Part shown: positions 32,309 to 42,354 of the stretch, one piece after another
How the letters are laid out: every line of letters starts with the position of its first letter
Position numbering within the stretch: position 1 is the first letter of the stretch
Assembly: GCA_963702025.1 (NCBI GenBank)
Contig: OY969699.1
Span: forward strand, 1-64,000
DNA length: 64,000 nucleotides
From: an uncultured bacterium
GTDB taxonomy: Bacteria > Babelota > Babeliae > Babelales > Vermiphilaceae
Direction of reading: 5' to 3'
Position numbers and translations under genes: made by a program
The notes under the pieces: model-generated
What the model was told of the DNA's origin: nothing
Seen by the model: the letters and a program-made list of their open reading frames with translations, nothing else
Database searches by the model: none

Positions 32309-32468
32309 TAAAACCCGAACTTATCAAAGAGTCAAGAAATGCGCAGCTTCTTCAAAGCACTCAAGATTCGGCCAATTATTATTTTTAAGGTTTTTTTATT
32401 GACTTATTGATCCATAAGCAACTACCATGAAACATGAATTTTATAAATGTTTATTAACAAAGGAAAAT

Positions 32469-33767
32469 ATGTTCAAAAAAAGTTTATTGGCTATTGCTCT
32501 TTTTTCGTTTCATGGTCTCTACGCTTATGTATCAAATACCATTATAGATAATATACCGATACCCAACTCCGGAGTTCCTTTATCTGTTGCGGTAACCCCG
32601 AATGGAGAGTTTGTCTATCTTATTAATCTAGGCAATAATAGTGCAAATGTAATAGCTACCGCAACTAATACGGTATTATCGACACCGCAGCTCAATAATA
32701 TTTTCAACGTTCCACAATCATTGGCAATAACTCCTAATGGCGAGTTTGTTTATGTTGCAAGTGCAGGCAATGGGAGTGTAGTGGTGATAGAAACTGCAGG
32801 CAACACTGTGATATCAACACCAAATTTCGTTTCTGCATTTGATTATCCTCAATCGATTGCAATAACCCCCAATGGCAGTTTTGCCTATGTTGCTAACGAG
32901 ATCGTGAATGTTTTAAATATTTCTAATAACACAATCCTCACAACACCAGGACTTGATAGTGGCTTTGCTGCTCCAGTTTTTATAGCAATAACTCCTGATG
33001 GCAACTTTGCATATGTAGCCAATCTCTTTTCGCCTGCGGTTACCGTGATAGATACGGCCACTAATACGATAATACCTGCGCCAGGATTATCTGATGGCTT
33101 TTTCTTTCCCCAATCAATCACTATTACGCCGAATGGTGCTTTTGCCTATGTTACTAATGGGCTCACCAGCAATACGGTTGTGGTAATAGATATAGCAACT
33201 AATACGATTTTATCTACCCCAGGACTCACTGGTGTCTTTGCGTCTCCAGTTTCGATTGCCTTTAGTCCAGATAGTAGTTATGGATATGTTTCAAATTCGG
33301 GAGGAAACACAGTGAGTGTCATTGATACGGCAAGCAATACCGTAATCAATACTATTACTGGGTTCGATAGCCCACAGACAATCGCGATTACGCCTAACGG
33401 ACAGTATGCCTATGTTGCTAACGCAGGCAGTAAAACTGTCAGCGTTGTTTTTATTGGTGTTCATACACCAACACTTTTCACCGGCTGCAAAGGAAAGAAT
33501 ATTTTCTTAACCCAAACTGAGCATTACAATAATTTAACCTGGTCTGCGCCTGCGGGGGGAAGTACTCCAGTCTCATACGCGATTTATAGCGACGCTGCGT
33601 TAACTCAATTGGTTGCAATAGTTCCGGCATCCGGACCATTGCAATACGTTGTTAATAATACAAATCAAAACTTAGATTATACCTATTACCTTGTAGCCGT
33701 AGATGCCTCAGGAAACATTTCATCGCCCGCAGTTACCACCGTTACTCAGTTTTGTAAAAGAAACTAA
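32469..33767 (+). CDS. YncE/YVTN beta-propeller protein with FN3-like C-terminal domain
   Basis: AITPNG.FAYV repeats; signal peptide. Confidence 0.88.
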   Translation: MFKKSLLAIALFSFHGLYAYVSNTIIDNIPIPNSGVPLSVAVTPNGEFVYLINLGNNSANVIATATNTVLSTPQLNNIFNVPQSLAITPNGEFVYVASAGNGSVVVIETAGNTVISTPNFVSAFDYPQSIAITPNGSFAYVANEIVNVLNISNNTILTTPGLDSGFAAPVFIAITPDGNFAYVANLFSPAVTVIDTATNTIIPAPGLSDGFFFPQSITITPNGAFAYVTNGLTSNTVVVIDIATNTILSTPGLTGVFASPVSIAFSPDSSYGYVSNSGGNTVSVIDTASNTVINTITGFDSPQTIAITPNGQYAYVANAGSKTVSVVFIGVHTPTLFTGCKGKNIFLTQTEHYNNLTWSAPAGGSTPVSYAIYSDAALTQLVAIVPASGPLQYVVNNTNQNLDYTYYLVAVDASGNISSPAVTTVTQFCKRN

Positions 33768-33857
33768 AGAAAAAGAATATTGACTTGTTGATTTATGAAC
33801 AAATACCATTGAACTATAAATTTTATGAATCGATATTTTTTTTAACAGAGGAAAAAA

Positions 33858-35129
33858 ATGTACAAAAATAAATTATTGGGTATTGCTCTTTTTTCGTTTC
33901 ATTTACTATGCGCGTATGAATCAAATACCATTATAGAGAATATATCCGGCTTTACTGTTCCTTTATCACTTGCAGTAACCCCAAATGGAGAGTTTGTCTA
34001 TGTTATTAATGTGGGCAATAACAGTGCGAATGTAATAGCTACTTCAACAAATACTCTATTATCCACACCGCAGCTTAATAATATTTTCAATGTTCCACAA
34101 TCCGTAGCCATAACTCCTAATGGCGAGTTTGTTTATGTTGCAAGTGCAGGCAATGGGAGTGTAGTGGTGATAGAAACTGCAAGCAACACGGTGATATCAA
34201 CACCAAATTTTGTTTCCGCATTTAATTATCCTGAATCAATCGCAATAACACCGAATGGCAACTTTGGATATGTAGCTACCGATGCTGTGAATGTTATAAA
34301 TATTGCAAACAATACTATTCTTACAACGCCAGGACTTGATAGTGGCTTTGCTGCCCCAGATTTTATCGCAATAACTCCCGATAGTAACTTTGCTTATGTA
34401 ACTAATCTCTTTTCGCCAGCAGTTACCGTGATAGATACGGCAAGTAATACTATAATTCCTACGCCAGGATTGTCTTCAGGCTTTTTATTTCCCCAATCGA
34501 TCACTATTACGCCGAATGGTGCGTTTGCCTATGTTACCAATGGACTTTCGAGCAATAGCGTTGTGGTAATAGATATAGCCACTAATACCATTTTATCCAC
34601 ACCAGGACTTAGTGGCATCTTTGGATCTCCGGTTTCGATTGCCTTCACTCCCGATAGTAAATACGGCTATGTCTCAGATTCAGGAAGTAACACCGTGAGT
34701 ATCATTGATACGGCAACCAATACCGTAATTGATACCATCGCAGGATTTGCTTCACCACAGTCAATAGTAATCACGCCTAATGGGCAGTATGCCTATGTTG
34801 CTAACTCTGGCAACAACACCGTAAGTGTTATTTTTATTGGCGTGCACATACCATCAAATTTTAAAGGCTGCAAAAGAAAAACCCAAAATGAATATTCCAA
34901 TTACTTACACTGGGCCGCTCCTGCAGGGGGAAACAAGCCAGTAGCATATGCGATTTATAGTGATGCTGCCTTAACGCAATTGGTTGCAACAGTTCCGGCA
35001 TATGGGTGTTTACAGTATTTTGATCATAATATAAATCCAAATACATCATACACCTATTACCTGGTAGCTATCGATGCTGCGGGAAATATTTCATCGCCGG
35101 CAGTTACTACCGTTACGCAGAATTGTTAA
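33858..35129 (+). CDS. YncE/YVTN beta-propeller protein, tandem paralog of the previous gene
   Basis: Long identical stretches with 32469-33767; upstream region also duplicated. Confidence 0.88.
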   Translation: MYKNKLLGIALFSFHLLCAYESNTIIENISGFTVPLSLAVTPNGEFVYVINVGNNSANVIATSTNTLLSTPQLNNIFNVPQSVAITPNGEFVYVASAGNGSVVVIETASNTVISTPNFVSAFNYPESIAITPNGNFGYVATDAVNVINIANNTILTTPGLDSGFAAPDFIAITPDSNFAYVTNLFSPAVTVIDTASNTIIPTPGLSSGFLFPQSITITPNGAFAYVTNGLSSNSVVVIDIATNTILSTPGLSGIFGSPVSIAFTPDSKYGYVSDSGSNTVSIIDTATNTVIDTIAGFASPQSIVITPNGQYAYVANSGNNTVSVIFIGVHIPSNFKGCKRKTQNEYSNYLHWAAPAGGNKPVAYAIYSDAALTQLVATVPAYGCLQYFDHNINPNTSYTYYLVAIDAAGNISSPAVTTVTQNC

Positions 35130-35234
35130 GAAACTAAAAAAAATGGATTAAGTTTCGATATTGCGCAATTTATTGGTATTGATAACTTTGGAAACTAGAG
35201 AAAGTAAATCTTGTTCTATGTTTGCCAGAAAAAA

Positions 35235-35903
35235 TCAAAAATACAATTCTTTTGGCAAATCAGTTTTTAAAATCGCATAAAGCTTTGAACTCCAATATCC
35301 ATTTTTGCCGTAAGCACATTCTCTTAGCGTTCCCTCATGTTGCATGCCACTTTTCTCCATTACCCGTGCACTTCGAACATTTGCTAGAAGACAATATCCT
35401 TCTATTCGATTTAATTTAATATCATGGAAGCCACATTCGATAATTCTCTTAAGCGCTTCAGGTGCAAATCCTTGATGCCAATACGGCTTTAAAATAGCAT
35501 ACATTGTCATTGCCGTACCTATTTCATCCACTGAAGTAAAACCGCCTAGTCCAATTAATTTATTATTTGCTTTGAGTATATAAGCCCATAAATTTGGTTG
35601 CCCCAACGCAGCTCGATGTGCTAATTTTTCGATGTATTCTTGAGTATCTTTTTCGGTTTGATGACTCTTTAAAAGCAGGCAACTTGTAATTTCTTCATCT
35701 GATAAAAGTTGATTGAGACTTGCAATATCATCCGGTTGCACCTTTCGCAGAAAAAGCCGCTGGGTTTCAAGCGTAGGTAAATTTTTAAAAATCTCAATAG
35801 TAATTTCTGTTTTTTTTGCTTCTCTAAAACCAATCATTGGAAAAATAGTATTTCCAAGAATTATCAATAAGAAAAATAGATACATCTGCCGATAGTTGCA
35901 CAT
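35235..35903 (-). CDS. GNAT (RimJ/RimL-like) N-acetyltransferase with hydrophobic leader
   Basis: LETQRLFLR, YWHQGFAPEA, NVRSARVMEKSGM; the ORF track N-terminal extension belongs to the upstream pseudogene. Confidence 0.85.
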   Translation of the reverse strand: MCNYRQMYLFFLLIILGNTIFPMIGFREAKKTEITIEIFKNLPTLETQRLFLRKVQPDDIASLNQLLSDEEITSCLLLKSHQTEKDTQEYIEKLAHRAALGQPNLWAYILKANNKLIGLGGFTSVDEIGTAMTMYAILKPYWHQGFAPEALKRIIECGFHDIKLNRIEGYCLLANVRSARVMEKSGMQHEGTLRECAYGKNGYWSSKLYAILKTDLPKELYF

Positions 35904-35919
35904 AATCATCGTTCTCTCA

Positions 35920-36280
35920 CATTTTTTTAAAAACTGATGCATCGATAGGCCAGTTCTTTTTTCAAGGATCTTATCATTAATCGGCCAGTTATTTTTCAAA
36001 AAAAAGTGTGTATCAAAAATATCGCGATTCGCCTCACCCATGCGCTCAAGCATGGCTACCATTTTATGAGCCGTTTCATATCTTCCCTAATCATTACTTT
36101 CATAGAAATGCCAAGATAAGATTTTACTTCATATTTTGATCCGTAGTCTCTCTGATTAACTCTGATTAACTTCAACTTTAATATTCTGAAGTTTGTCCCT
36201 GTAGGAGATCCTAAAAAAAAGAGTATATCTTTTTTCGAAAAATTCTTTAATAACACCAGAAACCAAAACGGCCTGCGCAA
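35920..36280 (-). pseudogene. AbiEii/AbiGii-like nucleotidyltransferase toxin remnant
   Basis: Across frameshifts: NIKVEVN / YEVKSYLGISMKVM / AHKMVAMLER..NRDIFD; 10-bp tandem duplication tctgattaac at 36151-36170. Confidence 0.6.
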
Positions 36281-36356
36281 AAACGCAGGCACGCTCTTTT
36301 ATTCATGATATCTTTAAGGTGCAGAATATAATTAATCATAGCAGGCTATAATTGTT

Positions 36357-36608
36357 TTATCTTGCGCCTCTAATAACTGCAGCTCTGGCTACCGGACGTG
36401 CTCCACCACGATAAGAGGCCGGATAATTGTTTACTGTACCAGATTGTCCTTCATTATATCTTGAGACAGCGGCTGCTCGTGCAACAGGTCTTCCTGCAAC
36501 ACCGGGTCTACCTACACCTACGCCACCACCTACGCCTACGCGTGCATATGAAATACTACACATGCTGGCTATACTCATTAATGCTAAAACTGCTAATAAT
36601 TTCTTCAT
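36357..36608 (-). CDS. Small secreted Gly/Arg/Ala-rich protein
   Basis: Signal peptide; RPVARAA repeated twice; AGGAG RBS. Confidence 0.65.
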   Translation of the reverse strand: MKKLLAVLALMSIASMCSISYARVGVGGGVGVGRPGVAGRPVARAAAVSRYNEGQSGTVNNYPASYRGGARPVARAAVIRGAR

Positions 36609-36767
36609 TGTTCTTTCTCCTAATTTAGGTTTAAAAATACTATACTATACCTTATATTCTAATAGTAACAATTTTAAAACCTTAAAATCAAGATATTTAC
36701 AATGTTCGCATGAAACACATAATATCTAGTACCTAAGCATCAATAACCCTTAAATAGGGCCTTTTCT

Positions 36768-36990
36768 AGGGTCGCCATACCTATACATTCCAGGAACCTT
36801 GAAACTGAGATTGATATATGTTTAAGCCACATTCAGATGGTGTTTGCATCATTTTTTAGAATTAAACTATAAGAATTAACTTTTTAATACCAAAAAGAGC
36901 CAAAGCGCTTTGCAAATAAATCTAGCCCGTTCTTGCACTCGTATTTTATGCTCCTCAAAGATAGGCTGGTGTTCATATATTTCCGGCTCT
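36768..36990. pseudogene. Orphan recombinase C-terminal tail (+) abutting the 3' remnant of gene X (-)
   Basis: Similar to 39610-39815; RNLETEIDICLSHIQMVFASF on +, QPIFEEHKIRVQE/GLDLFAKRFGSFWY on -. Confidence 0.7.
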
Positions 36991-36998
36991 CGTGGTCG

Positions 36999-37553
36999 TT
37001 ACTTTTTCTTTAGTACTTCCGCAAACATCTCTATCATCGCGGTGTTATACACAGGTATGTCCGCCGGCCATCTGCTCGTTACCAAAAGGCCATCTCTAAC
37101 TACAGGCTTATCCACCCATTTTGCTCCCGCATTCTCGAGATCGATTTTAATCGAAGGCCATGAGGTGACAGTTTTTCCTTTTAGGCCACCTGCATTACTT
37201 AGTGTCCACGGCCCATGGCAAATTGCAGCAATTGGCTTTTTAGCATCGATAAATGCTTTAATAAAAGCAATTGCCGAATCGAATCTGCGTAATTTATCAG
37301 GATTGATTACCCCACCCGGAAGATGTAGCGCATCAAAATCATCCGGATTTGCATTATTTAAATCGAGGTCGACAGGAAATTCATCTCTCCATTGGTCATC
37401 AATCCATCCCCTTATTTTTCCATACACAGGAGAAATAAGCACTGTTTTTGCGCCGGCTTCATCTAATGCTTTTCTAGGCTCTGTCATCTCATTTTGTTCA
37501 AAGCCAGTATCGCAAAGGATCGCGACTTTAAGTCCTTCTAATTGTTTTTTCAT
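36999..37553 (-). CDS. PfpI/DJ-1 family type 1 glutamine amidotransferase-like protein
   Basis: GFEQNE, LPGG..NPDKLR, AAICHGPW. Confidence 0.93.
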   Translation of the reverse strand: MKKQLEGLKVAILCDTGFEQNEMTEPRKALDEAGAKTVLISPVYGKIRGWIDDQWRDEFPVDLDLNNANPDDFDALHLPGGVINPDKLRRFDSAIAFIKAFIDAKKPIAAICHGPWTLSNAGGLKGKTVTSWPSIKIDLENAGAKWVDKPVVRDGLLVTSRWPADIPVYNTAMIEMFAEVLKKK

Positions 37554-37692
37554 GTAAACTCCTCGGTAAATATTTTCTATAGCTTATATATATTTTGAGG
37601 TAAAAAATAAAGAGTTTTTATGAATGGCGCTAAAACGGTGAAGTTGAGTAATTATGTCCCTTAGAAATAGGACATGTCAAATTTAAAAAGAG

Positions 37693-37802
37693 TTGTGTGC
37701 CCGCTAAACATGTTCAGGAACCATGAAATAGAATTCGGCATTAGCTTAAGCCACATTCAAACGGTATTTATAACTTTTGGGATTGAATTGAAAATTCAAT
37801 AA
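37693..37802 (+). other. Orphan recombinase C-terminal tail / att scar
   Basis: CPLNMFRNHEIEFGISLSHIQTVFITFGIELKIQ*, similar to the tail at 39608-39724. Confidence 0.65.
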
Positions 37803-37955
37803 AATCAAAAACTACTTTATGGATTCAAATGGGATTTAACACTTATTTTATCTAATGGATCCCAGTTTAGATCAAAGACTTTAAAAATAGTCTTTAGTTG
37901 TAAAATTGGCTATTGCTCGCTCTATCACTAATAATTTGAATCATTAAAAATCCAC

Positions 37956-38240
37956 CTACTGAAATCTAATCTCCAAATCTTTACCCAAAGCTAGAGCGGC
38001 TCTATAAAGAGTCAAGAGGGTAACTGAATAGTTTTCCGGATTAAGCAAACGCATTAAAGCAGCTCGACTTGTGCCAATCCGTTTTGCCATTTCTGTTTGT
38101 GAGATTTTCTTCTTTTTCATTTCTTTAGTAACTTGTTCAGCTATAACCTTTTTTATAGCAGCAAGCTCAGCTGCTTCTAATGTACCTTCTTCTTTCAAAA
38201 GTTCATCAAAGCTTGATCCAATGTATTTATTCTTTGACAT
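37956..38240 (-). CDS. XRE HTH antitoxin-like protein
   Basis: IGSSFDELLKEEG, SQTEMAKRIGTSR, VTLLTL. Confidence 0.85.
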   Translation of the reverse strand: MSKNKYIGSSFDELLKEEGTLEAAELAAIKKVIAEQVTKEMKKKKISQTEMAKRIGTSRAALMRLLNPENYSVTLLTLYRAALALGKDLEIRFQ

Positions 38241-38241
38241 T

Positions 38242-38517
38242 TTATTTCTTTAAGTCTCGATAAAAATTTTCATGAGAGCCCAATGCTAGCAAGATTAGTT
38301 CTTGCTTGTGCGCATTATAATCATAAGCAAGCAAAGTAAGTTGATTTACCATTTTAAATTTATACACCTGGACTCCATTTAAATCACCTTTTTTCAAATC
38401 ACCAATAGTAGGATTTTTAATAATTGCCTTTACGGCTTCATCCAATTCTTTTTTTTGGTTTTTATGTAATTTCTTTATTTGCTTCGAAAAGGTTGTAGTT
38501 TGCTGAATATTCATCAT
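38242..38517 (-). CDS. RelE/ParE family toxin
   Basis: GDLKKGDLNGVQVYKF, LLAY, GSHENFYRDLK. Confidence 0.88.
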   Translation of the reverse strand: MMNIQQTTTFSKQIKKLHKNQKKELDEAVKAIIKNPTIGDLKKGDLNGVQVYKFKMVNQLTLLAYDYNAHKQELILLALGSHENFYRDLKK

Positions 38518-38741
38518 TACTTCTCATCAAAACGATAGGCCTTTAATTTTCCCGCTTCAGCTTCTTCTTGTGCAATTAGAACGTTTTTGATGAATTCATA
38601 ACTTAAATCAGGATTTTCTTCGGCAATTTTCCCTATCCTAGCCCAATGTTCAATTTGCCCTGCAAGAGATCTATTAAGAGCTTTAGATATGATTTTAGCT
38701 TCAGAGACAATATGTTCTGACAATTTAACTGCAGTCGCCAT
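38517..38741 (-). CDS. ParD-like antitoxin
   Basis: AVKLS..RSLAGQIEHWARIGK.AEENPDL; overlaps the toxin start. Confidence 0.88.
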   Translation of the reverse strand: MATAVKLSEHIVSEAKIISKALNRSLAGQIEHWARIGKIAEENPDLSYEFIKNVLIAQEEAEAGKLKAYRFDEK

Positions 38742-38893
38742 TTGTATTCCTCTTAGACTTAGAATTATAGAGCTTAGAATCAATTTATATTATAACCCAT
38801 TTGGTTGCATTTTGAAACCTTATGAAAATTTTTTTGTTGCACCAAGGTGAAAATTTCCTCTTTTCACCAAAGTAATAATTTCCGCTTTTTTGT

Positions 38894-39136
38894 CTACTTA
38901 AATAACCTCCATTTGCCTTCAACTAAGTGCAAAGTTTGTTTTAATGATTGATTCCAAGGATGATTTGCAGCCGGTTTGTGCGGGACGCGATCGATGCATT
39001 TTGGTGCAGCGAGAGGCTTTGGATCGCGTCCATTGCGAAAGTTTAAATATAATCCCTTTAATGAAAGTAAAATTTTGCCATTAAGCAATTGACTAACGGT
39101 AATGCTATTTTTGGGCTGAATTTTTACCGGTTGCAT
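38894..39136 (-). pseudogene. Transposase C-terminal remnant (ISNCY/IS1202-like)
   Basis: KPAANHPW motif as at the end of these transposases; abuts the truncated recombinase. Confidence 0.45.
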
Positions 39137-39145
39137 TCGATCTAA

Positions 39146-39724
39146 TTGAAAGATTTCCCCTCCGTATTGAATTGTAAAATCATCGCTGATTCATTAAACC
39201 AACTGCATTTAGATAAGATTGAATTTCACAACAAACATTATGGCAAGCTCATAAATCAACAACAGCAGATTACCAAAATGCTGGATAATTTATATATCGA
39301 TAAAGTGAAAGGGAGAATTACTGAGAGCGAATATGAAAAATTCTACATTTCATTTTATGATGAAGCGGCAGAAATAAAATCCCAACTTGATAAATTAGGG
39401 GAAGCTCAAGACAACTACTTTATTACCGCAAAATACGTACTAGATCTGGTTAACCGAGCTCACGAATTATTTGAAAGTTCTGAAGTTGAGGAAAAGAGAC
39501 AATTAATCAAGCTTGTACTTCAGAACCTAAGACTTGAAGATGATAAGTTGCTCTGGGACGCTGTTAAACCCTTTGATACACTCTTAAATGTGTCCGATAG
39601 TCAAGGATGGTGTGGCCTGCCTAATGCATTCAGAAACAAAGAAGCAACCATGGGATTCACCTTGCAGCATATCCAGACGATATATTCATCATTTAGAATT
39701 GAACTTCAAGAATTAATTTTTTAA
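39146..39724 (+). pseudogene. 3' remnant of a large serine recombinase
   Basis: Closely similar to 46850-47280 (KMLDNLY.DK.KGRITESEY, SSEVEEKRQL); no catalytic domain. Confidence 0.88.
39600..39620 (+). repeat. Candidate att site (left), direct repeat with 47256-47276
   Basis: GTCAAGGATGGTGTGGCCTGC vs GTCAAGGATGGTGTAGCCTGC (20/21). Confidence 0.6.
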
Positions 39725-40281
39725 TACCAAAAAGAACCAAAGTGTTTTGCAAACAAGTCTAATCCTTCTTGTACTCTTTTTTTATGCTCATCAAAGATAG
39801 GCTGATATTTATCATATAGGGGTCCACATATTTTTATTCTTTCTTCCATTTCATAGCTGCGATATCCCAGCTTATTGGGATTGGTTTCCAGCTCTTCTAT
39901 TTCGCGCATTTGAGTTTGATAAGTCTTTCTAATCTTTCGGCATTCTTTAAACATCTCTTTTTGAGCTGGACCATCCCAATCTATTGAATTATCTGAAAGC
40001 GCTTTGAATGAATAGACGATTTTATCAAGAATTGAAATCCATTTTTGTAAGCACTGTGCTTCATCTTCTTCTGACATATCATATGGGTTGTTAATATCCT
40101 CAGTCATAGTCATTGGAAAACCGGCGCTAGTTCCCTTCTTATCATATCTGGCGCGATATTTTTTAAAAAGAGGATACAGAACACGCGCTATAGTTTGATC
40201 CATATCCATAAGATCCATCCAGGTTGCTGACACTTTTACTTTATCTTTTCCTTTTTTTGGATATTCGATTAATACTTTCAT
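39721..40281 (-). CDS. Phage-type conserved hypothetical protein (gene X)
   Basis: D.TIARVLYP.F..GFP..W..ILDKI..SF..VQEGLDLF pattern; second remnant copy at 36884. Confidence 0.65.
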   Translation of the reverse strand: MKVLIEYPKKGKDKVKVSATWMDLMDMDQTIARVLYPLFKKYRARYDKKGTSAGFPMTMTEDINNPYDMSEEDEAQCLQKWISILDKIVYSFKALSDNSIDWDGPAQKEMFKECRKIRKTYQTQMREIEELETNPNKLGYRSYEMEERIKICGPLYDKYQPIFDEHKKRVQEGLDLFAKHFGSFWY

Positions 40282-41401
40282 GCTGTTTTCGTTTTTCTTT
40301 TATATTTTTTTCTGCTAACAATTCTTGCTTTTCCAACTCTGCTTCTATTTCTTTAACCGTTGGTAAACTTCCTTTGAGATCTTTTGGCAATGATTCAACT
40401 ATCTTAGCCTGATAACTTGCAACTCCTATAGGCTTAGAGCTTGCTTGCAGCGCATATTCAACAGTGAGACTATCTTTATCTTTGCAAAGAATAAGACCTA
40501 TTGTTGGCTTATCTCCTGGATGCCGCATTTCATTATCAACTGCTGATAAATAAAAGCCTATCTGACCCGTATCGCGTACATCAAATTCTCTTGCCTTAAG
40601 CTCTACAATAATAAAGCAACGTAATTTAAGATGATAAAATAGAAGATCTATATAATAATCTTTATTGCCGATATGCAAATGGACTTGTCTTCCAATAAAC
40701 GCAAAGCCCTGGCCAAGCTCCAAGAGAAACTTTTGAATATGATCAGTTAATCCTTGCTCCACATCTCTTTCATTATGTTCAGTATGAAGCGTTAAAAAAT
40801 CAAACAAATAGGGATCTTTTAATGATTGATGAGCCATATCAGAATGAGGTTTGGGGAGCTTTACTTCAAAATTGGTAATGGCTTTGCCTTGCCTACCATA
40901 AAGATCGGATTCAATCCAAGATTCAAGCATGCTACGGCTCCAACCATTTTCTATGGCTTTTTGAGCATACCAAAAGCGCACCTTATTCTCTTTCAGTTTT
41001 TCTAGTAATACCGCATTATGACCCCATGGAATTCTAAAAATGGGCAAATTTTCAATTTGTCCCACAGCTGTGGGATTTTTAGAATAGGCAGTAAAGAAAG
41101 CTTTCATTCTAAAGATATTAGATCTTGAAAATCCAGCTATCCCTGGAAAAGCGGCTTGTAGATCATGAGCAAGTTTTTCAACAAAATTTGTTCCCCAGCC
41201 ACTTTTTTCTTGCTTTTCAGTGATAATATTTCCAATTGCCCAATAAAGCATAGTAAGCTCTTGACCGGCAGCAATAGCAGCTTTAATTTGAGATTCTTGA
41301 ATTTTATTCTTAATATCCGCAAGTGTTTGCGCATATTCTTTGGTAGACATTTTTATAACAGTAGCTTTATTTTTCTTTGCAATATTACTTTTCTTTGCCA
41401 T
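40241..41401 (-). CDS. YhcG/DUF1016 PD-(D/E)XK nuclease domain protein
   Basis: LYW.IG, KDPYLFDFL, FLLELGQGFAF, IDLLFYH, IVELK. Confidence 0.93.
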   Translation of the reverse strand: MAKKSNIAKKNKATVIKMSTKEYAQTLADIKNKIQESQIKAAIAAGQELTMLYWAIGNIITEKQEKSGWGTNFVEKLAHDLQAAFPGIAGFSRSNIFRMKAFFTAYSKNPTAVGQIENLPIFRIPWGHNAVLLEKLKENKVRFWYAQKAIENGWSRSMLESWIESDLYGRQGKAITNFEVKLPKPHSDMAHQSLKDPYLFDFLTLHTEHNERDVEQGLTDHIQKFLLELGQGFAFIGRQVHLHIGNKDYYIDLLFYHLKLRCFIIVELKAREFDVRDTGQIGFYLSAVDNEMRHPGDKPTIGLILCKDKDSLTVEYALQASSKPIGVASYQAKIVESLPKDLKGSLPTVKEIEAELEKQELLAEKNIKEKRKQHESINRISKKRKR

Positions 41402-41429
41402 TACTAATTTCCCTTTTTTGTATTTCTAT

Positions 41430-41831
41430 TTAAGCAAGCAACTTTTTATACTGATATAATAAATAATCAATTTCTCTTACTTCTTGTTCAAGAATATTTC
41501 GTCGTTCATAGAATTCACCTAATTTCTTAAATTCATCAAAGGGAATAACTCTAGCAGGTTGCACATCTAATGGGACAAGAGCGGCTAAAGGTTGTGATTT
41601 CTCCGCTGCTTCATTCAGCTCTTTGTGTGTTTGCCTAGACAGCTTCTCTAATCTTTCAACCTCTGTCATAAAAAAGACACGAATCGACTCGCAAATGAGT
41701 TCTGATTTATCTTTTTTATTATTTTGTTTAATAGTGGTTGCATAGAGCTGCATTAACATTTCATATTCTTGGCTGCTCAGATAATGCGTTACTTTTACTT
41801 TTTTATCTGCATTATTTTTTTTGATTTCCAT
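41430..41831 (-). CDS. Hypothetical protein, possible ribbon-helix-helix regulator
   Basis: KVTHYLS..EYEML...KSELICESIR pattern. Confidence 0.55.
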   Translation of the reverse strand: MEIKKNNADKKVKVTHYLSSQEYEMLMQLYATTIKQNNKKDKSELICESIRVFFMTEVERLEKLSRQTHKELNEAAEKSQPLAALVPLDVQPARVIPFDEFKKLGEFYERRNILEQEVREIDYLLYQYKKLLA

Positions 41832-42354
41832 AAGATTCCCTTAATTACAAAAAAAAGACAATTAAAATGGTATTTCCTTGGCCCGCCAATGTCAAATAAA
41901 TTTTTTTTCTAAATTTACCATCATGCCATCAATAGTATTTTAGGAATTAAATAAATGTCTTTGCTTGCCTTTCTCAAAAATCGCATTTATAATCACCCAC
42001 AATAATAAAGCATCCGTCTTCGTTCTCTAAACTACGCCGGACAAGTCATTGCATCAAAGGATGAGCAGCATGAAACACTTCATATACATCAGATTATTAT
42101 ATCTGAGTCAAATCACCCAGGATGGGGAATGTTGCGAGCAGAATCAATTAAGTTGGCTCGGGACTAAATAAGCCCCATCTATCTAAATAAATAATATTAT
42201 TAATTTAAGCTGAATTTCAGCATCGATGATACTGATGAGCAGTATCGGATCGAGCCTGTTCTTCGTCCTTCGAGACGCATCTAGCGATGCCCTCAGGATG
42301 AGCGGAAGGCGCGTTTACTCCCAAGCAAAGTCGAGGGATCAAAAGCGAAGTAGA

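Noticed and set aside
27889..35129. Repeat units as CRISPR or DGR
   Set aside because: Degenerate coding propeller repeats; no spacers, cas genes or reverse transcriptase
36910..37557. 215-aa plus-strand ORF
   Set aside because: Antisense to PfpI
39600..39640. tRNA gene at the att-like site
   Set aside because: Only a short 3'-end-like resemblance; no cloverleaf could be built here or at 47256
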